DNA of 63,128 nucleotides, filler included, from Dicyema japonicum (taxonomy: Eukaryota > Animalia > Dicyemida), in assembly GCA_011109175.1 (NCBI GenBank). It is 11 parts of 11 records of this genome, joined end to end, with 100 filler letters (N's around TTAATTAATTAA, not from the genome) between each part and the next. Parts side by side here need not be neighbours in the genome. Positions count along the whole stretch, not along the records: positions 1 to 25,135 come from RDEW01000030.1; 10 more parts are not named here. The stretch is one strand, 5' to 3'. Shown here piece by piece: positions 12,077 through 24,189 of this stretch. The notes beneath the pieces are model-generated. The model did not search any database, was not told the origin of the DNA, and saw nothing but the letters and a program-made list of their open reading frames with translations. The translations under genes were made by a program, and so were the position numbers. Within the stretch, counting starts at the first letter, position 1, and each line of letters starts with the position of its first letter.

Positions 12077-13164
12077 TACAACAGTTTCACAGAAGAAGCT
12101 CAACCTGTACTGGATTATGTAGAAGATATTTGGATAGGACGTCCCGACCGCCGTCAAGTACGTCGTTGTCCACGTTTTGCCATGAATTGTGGAATTGTTT
12201 TTAAGCAGCGAGAGTTGCTGGGCCTAAAACAAATAACTCTTGCGAAGGATGGCATCATTCTTTTAATTCTTTAATTGGAGAATGTCATCCTACGATTTGG
12301 AAGTTTATTGATGTTTTGAAGAAAGAACAAGCAAGAAATGAAATTAAAATTGNATGGCATCATTCTTTTAATTCTTTAATTGGAGCGTGTCATCCTACGA
12401 TTTGGAAGTTTATTGATGTTTTGAAGAAAGAACAAGCAAGAAATGAAATTAAAATTGAACAGTACATTGCTGGTGGGGAAGGTCCTACACAAAAGAAAAA
12501 ATACAGAGATAATGCTTTAAGAATTCAACGCATTGTAAATGACTTCGATGATCGCGAAATTCTTGACTATTTAAAAGGCATTGCCTATAATTTAGCATTT
12601 TAGAAATTAACACAATGTTTTTGTTAATAATTGTCATAAACTTGTTTTCTAAAAATTATATTATCATAAATATTCATTTAAAGTTTGACCTTTATTATTA
12701 ATCAATAATCAGTAAGATAATTTTTCTATCACTTTAACCAATACACACACGTGTGGCGCACATCGTTGATTAAAATTTAACACTATTTGGAGAATTGAGG
12801 TTTTCAAATTTCTTCTATCTTGGGAAACTGGCCACGTGACTCATATCGTCAAATTAATCTTAATTTTTCTATCACTTTAACCAATACACACACGTGTGGT
12901 GCACATCGTTGATTAAAATTTAACACTATTTGGAGAATTGAGGTTTTCAAATTTCTTCTATCTTGGGAAACTGGCCACGTGACTCATATCGTCAAATTAA
13001 TCTCCAAAATCACATTTTAATAATAATATAAAAAAATCAAAATTTCGACCTCTTCTTTCAAGAACCCACGTGGTTGCTTGAATTAACCGGCGATGATTTT
13101 ACCAGCGATGAATTTACCTCGCGATGAATTTACCGGTGATGAATTTACCGGCGATGAATTTACC
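12077..13164 (+). mobile_element. Mutator-like (Phantom-type) element, transposase C-terminus and right terminus
   Basis: TNNSCEGWHHSFNSLIGACHPTIWKFIDVLKKEQ motif; five 15-16 bp subterminal repeats GGCGATGAATTTACC at 13089-13164. Confidence 0.7.
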
Positions 13165-13769
13165 TAGAACCCTACCGAGATCATTTTTTTTCAAGTCCTA
13201 TCCTAATTTAAACATGAGTCGAAAAACTGTGTGTACTTCTGATAACATTCAATCCTTTTCACAACAGCTTCATGCGCTGGTCTTAAGAAGTATCCCTGAA
13301 CGCTTAGGACTTCCTTGAGCCTCATAGGAAAGCAATGGTCAGATGACCAATCGCTCAAACACAATAAATGTTAAAGTAAAAGGTATTCCTTGGTGTCAAG
13401 TGAAATAAATTGTGACAAAGGCTATTTTCATATTAAAGCTATTTTTGTAAATGTATGGAAATGTTGATGCTTATAATGATTGATTATTCTAAATTTACTA
13501 CATTTTAATTATTTCCATCTCATAAATACTTTGATGAACTTTTAATGCGAAATTTAAAGAAAAATTAATTTTAAGCACGTAAATCCAACAATAACCAATT
13601 ATAAACGACAAAACCAAGTTTATGTGCCCAATAACGTGATTCCATAAACCATTCTCCTTACTATTCTTACTTTCTGAAACCTTCTGCATTTAATTTATTA
13701 GCCTTAGATACTGTGAGAAAACAAGTTAATAATTATAAATTGGTCTTATCCAGTTCTCATGGTCGCAGA

Positions 13770-13960
13770 AGCAGAGTCACGCATAACCCAACCCGGAAGC
13801 AACGTAAAGAGAACATTCAGTCACTGCAGCTGTGGGAACCCCTCCAATTGACTGAGGAACAGCAAATGATCCTTTTTGTGTTTCCTAGTAATAGGTGTTA
13901 CCTGAGACGGGGGATCATATGACGCCACTTTAGTAGAACATGAAATAAATAATGAACAGA
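13770..13960 (-). repeat. Repeat family B copy
   Basis: Reverse complement GGCGTCA..TGATCC..gtctca..GGATCA. Confidence 0.7.
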
Positions 13961-14265
13961 GGAAAGGAAGAGAAACCTTCAGCCAAGTAGTTAATGGGAG
14001 AATTAAACCCAAATGATCGTTGAGATATGATATCCCTACCAATATCCACATCTGGTCTAAAGGAAAGATAAAATACAATAATTTATAATAAATATATTAC
14101 AAATAATCTATTTGAAGAGGAAAGGAAGAGAAACCTTCAGCCAAGTAGTTAATGGGAGAATTAAACCCAAATGATCGTTGAGATATGATATCCCTACCAA
14201 TATCCACATCTGGTCTAAAGGAAAGATAAAATACAATAATTTATAATAAATATATTACAAATAAT

Positions 14266-15412
14266 CTATTTGAATTTACGTTTCTTAAATAACTTTAAGA
14301 ATCCCTTCCACTTTGACTTATTTTGTGTAAAAGCCTAATATAAGAAAAATACATACTCTGGAGTCAATATTACTAATATGTGAAACTAAAGGACTGGTGG
14401 CTCCATGAGCTGCCCAATCAGCCTCGCATTCGTCAGAAAGAGTGGATAAGACCTCATCCATTAGATTAGTAAAATATTCGTAGTGAGGATCATCAGTGAA
14501 GCCAAGTTCTCGTGAGTATTTAAGAATGCTGGCAAATTGTTCTAAATATAAATAAAAATAAAACGAGGGAAATCTCCACATAGTTGGTCAATGGAAGTAT
14601 TTATTTTTTTATGACATATATTTTGGTATCTCTCCTTAACAGTATCAGCATGCAGTCCTTGCCATGGAAGAGATCCTCTGAGAAAGTAAAAGATCATGTG
14701 ACAGATAGCCTCCAAGTCATCTCTTCTACTCTGTTCTACAATAACAAATTTTTCAACCTAATCCTCTGTGAGTGTTAATACTCATATAACGAGCAGTCCC
14801 TGTGAGATTCTTATGATCTCTGAACTGAATGTGGGCGCCTGTCTTAGGATCCCTGAATTCCTTGGACAGCCCAAAATCTACAATGTGAACAACTCGGTCT
14901 TTGTTTCCACGTCCTAATAGAAAATTCTCTGGTTTTATGTCTCTGTAAACAATCCCCTTCGAATGGACATATGAAATTAAGGGGAACTTTAATTATTCCA
15001 CACTGAACCAGCTGCATCGCCAACAAGGCAACTTTCTTCACGGAAAAAATACGGCCACATGCATTAAAGTGACACTCCAGACTAGGTCCTAACAGGTCTA
15101 ACACCAGTACGTTATAGTGTTCGTGAATTCCGTAATAATGTACATTAGGTACCCCATCTTGCAATTACTTAATACTATACCTTTGGGACATAACATTTTA
15201 TAGTACTGGTACTCATAGTGAAGTTGGGGAGAACGAGCCTTCACACTCTCCTACAGTTATATATTACACTACCATTTTTATCGCATACTTCACTTGTGTC
15301 GATAAATTTGTACCTATTATAGATATATAACACTACATATTTTTATCTCACCAAAATTCCCAGCACCTAAACTATGCCCTAGTTCATATAAGCCATTAAC
15401 GAGACTATTCAT
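14266..15412 (-). CDS. CSNK1G: Casein kinase I gamma-like (gilgamesh-type) protein kinase
   Basis: [81 protein letters not shown]; several introns of about 20-24 nt; ends KKRKFK-TAG. Confidence 0.9.
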
Positions 15413-15549
15413 TTCACTTATTCGAATTTATTAACCTATTAAGACTTTGACAATTTAATGGTAATTCAGGTTAACCAGATTAACAATACCTTAAATTAAA
15501 TTATTTATAAAAACAAATTATTATTTATAAAATGTTTTCAAAAGTAAAA

Positions 15550-16120
15550 TTAAAATCGTCTTCCTCTGAAAGTACCTCTCCCACGAGGACCTCCTCGACC
15601 ACGCGTGTTGAAGGACCCTCCTCTTCCACGTGAACCAAACGATCCTCCTCTACCTCGCTGACTGGCTTGTCCTCTTCCTCCTCTAGAGGCACCTCGACCT
15701 CTAGTAGAAGACTGTGATTCTGTAAAACGTGAGATTGGCAGCAGTTTGGCTGAGTCTACGAATAGTTCAGTCCCATTTGGAAGAGACTTTCCCTTAATTC
15801 CTGCGGATGCCTTGACAGAGCACATAAAGTCATTGATTGGTCCCATGATGTCATCAACCTTTAATTATACAAAGACATACATTTCCGATTTGTTGTTTGC
15901 TGTGATTATAAATATATGCATTAAAGAAGGGAACATGATCCCGTCCATTACATTTCATGAGTATAAAATCATTGAATGTTCCAGATTTAGTTCCTAGTAA
16001 AACCGTCTCAGAGTTTCCACCGGAATATCCACCATGATTGTCGTTAAATCTCCCTCTGTTATTATTAAAGCCTCCTCTGTTATATCCTCCATTATATCCA
16101 CCTCTTTGAGTGTGCATCAT
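15550..16120 (-). CDS. GAR1: H/ACA snoRNP protein GAR1
   Basis: RGG-rich termini around core VPFFNAYIY...QQIG(22-nt intron)VDDIMGPIN...FVDSAKLLPISRF. Confidence 0.92.
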
Positions 16121-16261
16121 TTTTGGTAATATTTCCACTAAAATAAACGTGTTTAAATTTAATTTAAATATGATTTTTAATTGATATTGATATTAAATTA
16201 TTATTTTAAGTTAATAACTGTTGATATTTTTATTTTCTGTTTGTTTGTCTTAGTATCAACT

Positions 16262-16582
16262 TCCTGGTGGCATAGTGGTTAGGTGTCGGGCAAAGTGGCT
16301 TAGGTTACGTGTTTGATTCTCGCTGCTGTTCACCTGGTGGAAGGTTCCACGCATCTACGATACTAAAATGGTTTGACGATTGACGCCGTCATCAGTGGAC
16401 TTCACTGCGGAACTCGATTGTCTAGAAAGGACACTCACACAAGAAAAAGAAAAAAAAGTGAAGATCATTCTTTGGCTCTATGATTAGTTAAAATTAACTG
16501 TTCTTTACTTAAATAAAGTGTGTGTCCTGCCTATGCGGAGCTATAAATATTATGGTTCTCGAGAAAAGGCTGTTATTATTAT
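16262..16582 (+). mobile_element. SINE-like repeat family A, copy 3 (most complete)
   Basis: tRNA-like head (TGGCATAGTGG A box, GTTTGATTC B-box-like), conserved core, (TTA)n tail. Confidence 0.8.
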
Positions 16583-16589
16583 CAACTTT

Positions 16590-17000
16590 CTGATGGCGTT
16601 CTTGGGAAACCTAAGAGACCAAAAAGATCTGAGTGGACTGGATGTCATATACAAACAGTTCATCGAGATTACAATAGGATACGCATGAAATATCTGGGGA
16701 TCTAACCTTGCTGCAACGAATTTGGACAAGATCTACAACATTCAAGTGAAGACAGCAAGCATACTAAGGAAATATTCCCGTATGGCAACCTTGACAAGAA
16801 ACCTAGAAAATATGATAGAGGCGAATGGAACAGTGCCCATGCAAAGGAATCGAGAAAGCGGACTTTGTCCATATCGAAATGCGCAGGAGCGCAGTCGCAA
16901 CACCGAAAAAAGATGCGTAGACTGTTGAGAGAGGCCGGAATCACCTGAATTTTGTTTATTTTAGATATGACGGTGGTTTTCTGGTTTAATAATAATAATA
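16590..17000 (+). mobile_element. LINE 3' end with (TAA)n tail; second copy at about 53640-53775
   Basis: Decayed post-RT ORF (YACM.YLGI.PCCNEF); 3'UTR gaattttgttta.tt..gatatgacgg..gtttaataataat shared between copies. Confidence 0.65.
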
Positions 17001-17004
17001 AGTT

Positions 17005-17250
17005 TGCTGTTTGTTTTTTCCTCTTCTCTCTTCCTATTAGAGTGGCGTCATGTGATCCACCTGTCTAGGTGGCGCCCAGTCTCTGGCTGGCACGAAAAAG
17101 TATCATTTGCTCTCCCCCACTCCACAGAAAGTGTCTCCACAGCTGCTAGTATAGACGTCTTTTATTCTTCATCCTGATTCCGGATAGATTCTGTTTTAGT
17201 AGAGGTGGAAACTGGATACACTTAATTAAGTGTTTACTTTAACTTCTTAT
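17005..17250 (+). repeat. Repeat family B copy (clearest pseudoknot)
   Basis: Strong similarity to the reverse complement of 23725-24000. Confidence 0.8.
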
Positions 17251-17252
17251 CT

Positions 17253-17594
17253 TTGGTCTGGGACGCAACTCGTGTAGACACGTTCTCAAGCACGAATATT
17301 TTCAAATCGGTTCAGACACGTGGAGCAGCTGCTTCGACTGCGGAGAACCTAAAAATCAAGAAATATTCTTGCCTCAGGGATCGCTACCGATTTACTCTTG
17401 TTGCGACCGAATCATCGGGAGCCGTTGGTCCAATGACGGCTGAGTTCTTGCGAGAACTCGGAGGATTGCTTGCCAGAAAGAAAAGGGATCAACGAGAAGG
17501 GATATGGATAAGACAAAAGATTGGAATGGCTATACTCAGAAGGAACTTGTTCGTAGTCCACGCAGCAGGCTTCCTCAACTTTAACTTATTATAA
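17253..17594 (+). mobile_element. CRE RLE C-terminal fragment
   Basis: VWDATRVDTFS...KIKKYSCL.DRYRFTLVATESSG...RQKIGMAILRRN. Confidence 0.85.
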
Positions 17595-17699
17595 ATTAGA
17601 GAAAAAAATAAATATTTTTATTGAGAGATATGTGGTTACAAATACGTGACTACTTGGTTTGAAATTTTTCGTGTTTTTTTTATCCTCCTTTTTTCTTGT

Positions 17700-17900
17700 T
17701 CTCCTAAATTAGCGTCATGTGGTCTAGTGTCTCAAGTGATGCCCAGTATTAGGGTAGTACGAAAAAGGGTAATTTGCTATCCATATTCACTAGATGGGTT
17801 CTCACAGCTATAAAGACTGGATGTCTTCTTTATATTGGTCTGAGAGGACTTTTCGACATTGGAAAGACTTTTTATGACTGTTAGAATTAAATACACTTAA
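17700..17900 (+). repeat. Repeat family B, diverged copy
   Basis: AGCGTCA...tgtctc..TGATGCC cagta...tacgaaaaagg, and acacttaattagtt tail shared with 17220. Confidence 0.65.
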
Positions 17901-18851
17901 TTAGTTATTAAATACACTCTCCCAGGCATTTCCATTGGGAAGCCTCGTATTAGATGTTTTAGTGGCCCACTGTTGTAAATGCGGAAGTATATTAGACGTG
18001 AAAAATATTCATGTCCTCACATGCAGAGGAGTGGTGGAATGAGTCAGAGCCACATAGACATCAAATGAGTGGAAATACTGGAAGCTGCAGTTTTCAAGGA
18101 ATACTAATCTTGCCCGTGTTTAATATTTTATTTTTATTAAAATAATTAATTAAAAAGTAAAAAATGACATTATCGCAACTAAAACGAATAATGGTATTTA
18201 AAATAAAAAATGGCATCTACAAATTCGTAAAATTTCTGAAAATTGCATTTATGGCAAATGCAATAATAACATTAATTCTTTATATTCAACTTGGACACCG
18301 TTGAGTTTAATTTAGAATCTTACGGGAAAACAATTGCAAACCTATCTGAGATGCACCCTTAACGCATTTCATTAAGACAACTAAAATTAAACCAACAGCT
18401 CCCACAAACTGCCGGTAGAATCTTTTAATTTATAAACAGCAAATCATTCCGAGACCGACAACGCACAAACTGCCTATTCTTTTTGCCAAAAATCTTCATC
18501 TTATTTAAAAAAAGCACAAAAAAGGGGAGACGGCATTGATGTGCATAGAAGTAGAAGTATGCAACATGTATCGCTTTAACTAACTACATCCTATAAATGA
18601 AACCTCCAATTCATTTAATTTTTGGCTGAACAAGATTCAAATTCAGATTCTACATGCATACGAAGTTTCCTCTGTTTAAGAATTTTCAATTTCTCCTGAG
18701 TCCGTCATTTCGTCGATGCTCATGAGAGATAAGACAAGAGCTTTCAAAATAGACATTTTTTGTTGATTAATTAAAGTTTTGGTTTAATCGTTTTTGAAAA
18801 ACAAAAATTTAATTTATTTAAAATATTTAAAAAATATTATTGTTGTTTGTA

Positions 18852-20374
18852 ATGAATGCTGACAATGCCTTTAAATTTCAAAATGATATTAGAATAAATC
18901 AGTTAGAATATCAGGACTTTGTCTCAGACATTGATAAATGGATTAAAAATCGCTCAAGTAAGACAGAAAAGGTGATTCCTCGTCCACCAGCAGTGCAGCC
19001 AGCAAGCAACGAATTATTCAAAGAAGCGGTAAATTCTCATAGTCACATTAGGGTAACACTCATTACAAAAACGGAGAATTCAGTGATGCAGTAAAGGCAT
19101 ACACAAATTCTATACAAATTGACTATAATAATCACATTTTGTATGCCAATCGTGCTATGTGTTATATTAAACTACAAAAATATGATAATGCTATTGAGGA
19201 CTGTGATGCGTGTCTCTCACTTAACTCTACTTTTCACAAGGCACTCTACAGACGGGCCCTGGCTTATTTTAAGACCGCCAAATATGAGTTGGCTGTGGCA
19301 GATGCACGGGGGTTCCTTGACCATCAACCTGGTAATCCTGAAGTAGCTAATCTACTTCAACAGGCGGAGGTATATGTGGTTTCTTATTCAGAACTTCATT
19401 GGAGCTAAAAAATTAATCGCTTCGGGGAATTATAATATAACTGCTGGAGAAATCGAGTCACGTGTTGTTGTACCGACATTTGGCACATTTGATGAGGTTT
19501 TAGTGTATCTACACGTTAAGACTGAGAATTTACGGAAAGTTGTAATCATGGATATCAAGAGAGACCTCAATCAATCTAAAGATGGACCAATTTTGACTGT
19601 GGGTATGGAAGAAGGAGACAGTAATCACCGTAAAGATGAATTAAATGTGACTGAGAGTAAGGAGCTCGAGATAAACAATAATCAGTCTGAGAGTGAACAA
19701 AATGTCCCCAAAATTGGGAATATGGAAGTTGCTAAAGACAGTAATTATAATGAGGATGAAGCAGTCTCTACTGAGAGTATAGGAAGGGTGACGCGTTTAG
19801 ACATTCTCAACAATTACTCACAATTCGAAAAGTCTCCTTGTAAAGATGTCGAAAAAAGCTATTATCAACCTGACATTGTCATCACTGAGTATAAGGAGGA
19901 CGTTAATCAATCTAAGAATGAAGCAGCTGTTGAGAGTATGGAAGAGATAATATGTTTTGACATTCCCAAGAATTACGTAGAGTTTGAGAGGAGAGTCAAA
20001 GGAATGAGTATATCATCCTTTTACAAATACTTCAAGGTTTTAATAATTATCAAATTGTAGAGAATATCTAGTACAGATTATGTGAAATTATTTGGTGAGA
20101 TGTTGGAGAGTTCAGTGTTGAGTAGAGTGATTTATGGATTAATCGAGGAAAGGTGAAAGCTTAATATAATTGTAGTGATTGCGCGTTAATTGTTGATGTA
20201 CTGGAAGGAATGGCTAATGTGAGGAGATTCTCTTTTGTTGTGTTATTTATGCGTGATGAGAAGGAAGGTATGCTGCTGTGTTATTATGTAGCTGTACGGA
20301 ATTTGCTTAATAAATGTGTCGGTTTTGTCAATTATGAACGAATTGATGCTCTTAAAAATAAATATTATGTTTGA
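18852..20374 (+). CDS. RPAP3: RNA polymerase II-associated protein 3 (RPAP3/Spaghetti), R2TP co-chaperone
   Basis: N-terminal FKFQNDIR.NQLEYQDFVSDIDKW; TPR block YANRAMCYIKLQKY...KALYRRALA; C-terminal IPKNYVEFER...LFGEMLESSVL...VRRFSFVVLFM; short introns; exon boundaries only partly traced. Confidence 0.8.
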
Positions 20375-21223
20375 TTATTTTGATTTTATTGTAATTCTTA
20401 TTAGTAATATTTGACTATTTTATTACACACGCATGAGATGCATGGTTCGATGTACTGTGTGTAGATGAAGATCAGAGCTGGATGGTTTCCGCCGTTCCAA
20501 ATCCTGGGAGACTTTTCAGAATGCTAGTAATTTTCTCATATTTGGTAATCACGTTTCGCCGTGCTGTGAAAAACATATGTGGAATGTGATTCTCCCAGAA
20601 TGTTCCGGTGTTCTCTAAATATGATTTCAGCGTTATCCACTTTGTATTGTATTTATTAAAATAGAAACTATAAATTAAGAGGAAATTTGACTATAATAAA
20701 TCTAAAATACATTATGTATTTTATCATTTTGTGAATATAAAAAATCGATCGCATTATCAAGTTCTTCGAAATAGTCGTACACATAAACGTTGATAAGTGA
20801 TACAATTCTTTTCATTAAAAACTTTGTATGTCTCTAAAATTAATACCAGTACAGTCAAGTCAATTTTCGATCGACTTTATGCAAAGTCCCTGTTTTTATA
20901 TTTATTGAAAAACAGTTGACGATTAAATCTTTTAACTAATTTATTGTATTGACTATAAAATTTATTAATAAAAGGATAGTTAATACCAAATATCAAAATT
21001 AAACTATTTAAAATTGATTGGCTGTATTAATTTATTCTCCTTCGTTTTGAGCCATTCCTTAGCTCTCTAACTGCACCATCACCAATCTGATCTTCACTCC
21101 AGCATTGTTGTTCTATGGGCACGATTCCATCATCCTCAATTTGTTCTAAAGACTTTCGTAGTAGGAAATGAATGACCTCACTAACATCACTCTCTTGAAC
21201 GTTCATCCCATGTCGATGTTCCA

Positions 21224-21505
21224 CTAACATGCTTTAAGAGTTTTCTTTAATACAATAGATTGAATATATGCCCTCAGAATTATATCCACATACAAATCAT
21301 CCATATATGACTGGTAGAACTTACTTACAATTCCTTCCCAACTCAAAACAATAGGAATAATTTTAACTTTCGCATTGTATATTTGAAACAATTCTCCAGC
21401 GAGGAGGTCGTATTTGTGAAGTTTTTCTACTTCAACCACCTTCATTTTTTGAGAAGTGATTCCAACCTCTACTAAAGTAATCTCACTTGTCCTTTTATCA
21501 AACAA
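21224..21505 (-). mobile_element. RLE endonuclease fragment of an R2/R4/NeSL-type retrotransposon
   Basis: EITLVEVGIT...EKLHKYDLLA.EL...KIIPIVLSWEG; same family as 38994-39311. Confidence 0.75.
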
Positions 21506-23724
21506 ATATTTCCGGCAAGTTTATTAACAAACATATAATTTATTAAAATAGAAAAAAGCAAACTTAAAAAATTCATCGGAATTATTAAATTATCAGAAAG
21601 AAATTATAATTACGGAAAAATAAAATAAATCATCCAGATAATAATTTTTATGGTAGAGAAGGAGACACCATTCATTTTTATGAAGGAGATAATCACTGGA
21701 ACGAAAATTATATTATTCAACAAGTCCCAGACTCGATCGACCGCAGGCGCAGTTCTTTAATGCAATAAATGTCGAAAAATTTTATTAATAATCTTGTAAG
21801 TAAAGTAATTATTATGTAACTGAACAATCAAAATAATCCAGCTGAGATAATTGAGTAGTCGATTGCTCTGACAACAGAGAGAAAAATCTTTCAGTTTTTA
21901 GTCTTTTTTAAGTCGATAGTTCTTATCTGGTGGTAAATCTACGTCTTGTTCCTCGAGGATATATTTTAGTAAGTTTTATTCTTCATTATATTTTACAATC
22001 TTTTAGAGGAAATTAAACCAACGTAGAAAGATTTTTTTAGCTTGGCTACTTTTATTTATTCAGAACCCTGGGATCACCAAGAAAGAAAGACATAAAAAAC
22101 GTCAAACAATTAGGTGATCCCGTGATCAACTTGCCATCCAACGTCTGCGGTCTTCCATTCTTCCCACTACCCTACGAAAGAGCCTTCTCGCATTCCTGCA
22201 GCGGAATCCGATTGAAATTTGAACTTTTTTAGCCTTGGAAATTGACAAACGAAGAGTGCTTCCATCTTCCTCACAGACGTGTAGGAATCCGGATCCGCGA
22301 GTGCGTATCGTAGTTTCCATTATTAAGATAGTTACTGTTTAACCAGTATGAGGACCTCTACAAAGTAGTCTTCGATAGCGCGAATCCCCACTCAACAGAG
22401 TTCATCTTCTGGAGGCCTTTGGTGAAGACTTGCTTTGCATGGGAGTTCAAATTCAACACCTTGTCGTACATTACCAAGAATTNNNNNNNNNNNNNNNNNN
22501 NNNNNNNNNNNNNNNNNNNNNNNNNNNNNNNNNNNNNNNNNNNNNNNNNNNNNNNNNNNNNNNNNNNNNNNNNNNNNNNNNNNNNNNNNNNNNNNNNNNN
22601 NNNNNNNNNNNNNNNNNNNNNNNNNNNNNNNNNNNNNNNNNNNNNNNNNNNNNNNNNNNNNNNNNNNNNNNNNNNNNNNNNNNNNNNNNNNNNNNNNNNN
22701 NNNNNNNNNNNNNNNNNNNNNNNNNNNNNNNNNNNNNNNNNNNNNNNNNNNNNNNNNNNNNNNNNNNNNNNNNNNNNNNNNNNNNNNNNNNNNNNNNNNN
22801 NNNNNNNNNNNNNNNNNNNNNNNNNNNNNNNNNNNNNNNNNNNNNNNNNNNNNNNNNNNNNNNNNNNNNNNNNNNNNNNNNNNNNNNNNNNNNNNNNNNN
22901 NNNNNNNNNNNNNNNNNNNNNNNNNNNNNNNNNNNNNNNNNNNNNNNNNNNNNNNNNNNNNNNNNNNNNNNNNNNNNNNNNNNNNNNNNNNNNNNNNNNN
23001 NNNNNNNNNNNNNNNNNNNNNNNNNNNNNNNNNNNNNNNNNNNNNNNNNNNNNNNNNNNNNNNNNNNNNNNNNNNNNNNNNNNNNNNNNNNNNNNNNNNN
23101 NNNNNNNNNNNNNNNNNNNNNNNNNNNNNNNNNNNNNACCTCAACAGGTTTAAACAATTTTTGGGACGTGATCCTCACTTTATCAGTATTATTTCATTCT
23201 TGGGTATTAGTGTGAACAGAAATATCCTGTTTGTTATTTTTAATTTGTTTTTATTGTTGCAATGACTCGTATTTCAACTGTAATGTTTGTCACCCTACAA
23301 CTTTGTTATGTCGCCGCATATTCCACTAAGCATTCTGCTAAATCGTATAGCCAGAAAGTCCACACTCTTTTTAGTCATACCACAATGACTGTAATTCGAT
23401 TTCATCTCTTCAAAGAAAAGATTAAGACCTTGGATAAGTACATTGTTTCAGATCTTAAGGTATTGTTTCCCCCAGTTAGTCATTATGTTGATTTATCGAT
23501 ACTAACGTAAAAAGAGAAGAATGGAACAATTTCAGCTATATTTTCTTCGTGCAATTTTTCTTTTCACATTCCTTGATGATACCAACGCTTAAAAGAATCT
23601 TCCACCCCGTAGTTGGACAAAATAAATCTAGCGATAGCGATAGTGGCATAATGTGTTTCTTTTCGTTCAAATCCCACAAGATTCCTGCTTTCTGAGGCAC
23701 ATGAAGGCTCTCTCTCCTTATTAT

Positions 23725-24000
23725 TATTATTTATTAACCCCGGATACACCGAGAAAGAAGTTAAAGTAAACAACTAACTAAGTGTATCCAGTTTCCACTT
23801 CTACAGAAACAGAGTCCATCCGGAATCAGCATAAAAAGTAAGACGTCCATTACATGCAGTTGTGGAAACCCCTCCAATGGAGTGGGGGAGAGCAAATGAT
23901 CCTTTTTCATGTCGGTTTGGCACTGGGCGTCACCTAGACAGGTGGATCACATAACGCCACTCTATCAGGAAGAGAGAGGAAAAACAGACAAGCAAGCAGG
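23725..24000 (-). repeat. Repeat family B, near full-length copy with (TAA)n tail
   Basis: Reverse strand reads pyrimidine leader, GGCGTTA fold, body, then ttaataaataataataataa. Confidence 0.8.
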
Positions 24001-24189
24001 AAAATTAAACCAATTAACCACGTGGCACCACATGGCGACAGGCGGCTAATCTTGATATGGCTCTCTCTCCTAGTCGGATCTGATTGATTGTATAATAGCA
24101 AATAATTTTTATTTTTATAAATGTTATATAAATTAAAAAAAATAATTTAATATCGTGTTTAAATAATTTATTAAAATATTCAAATTCGA

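Noticed and set aside
12250-12455. Local tandem duplications centred on a single N (12353, 26385, 30312, 35682, 54551) and similar 100-170 nt doublets (6085-6335, 12720-13005, 13960-14265, 30720-31010, 53880-54085)
   Set aside because: Size and N-centred geometry fit unmerged overlapping contig ends or gap-filling artefacts; not treated as biology without reads
16340-16420. Hammerhead ribozyme on the minus strand of SINE family A (CTGATGA present in three copies)
   Set aside because: No GAAA after the putative stem II (reads TCAAA) and no NUH before stem I
22392-23265. Long ORFs of 235-276 aa in the track (also 33351-34429)
   Set aside because: They are read-through of N gaps
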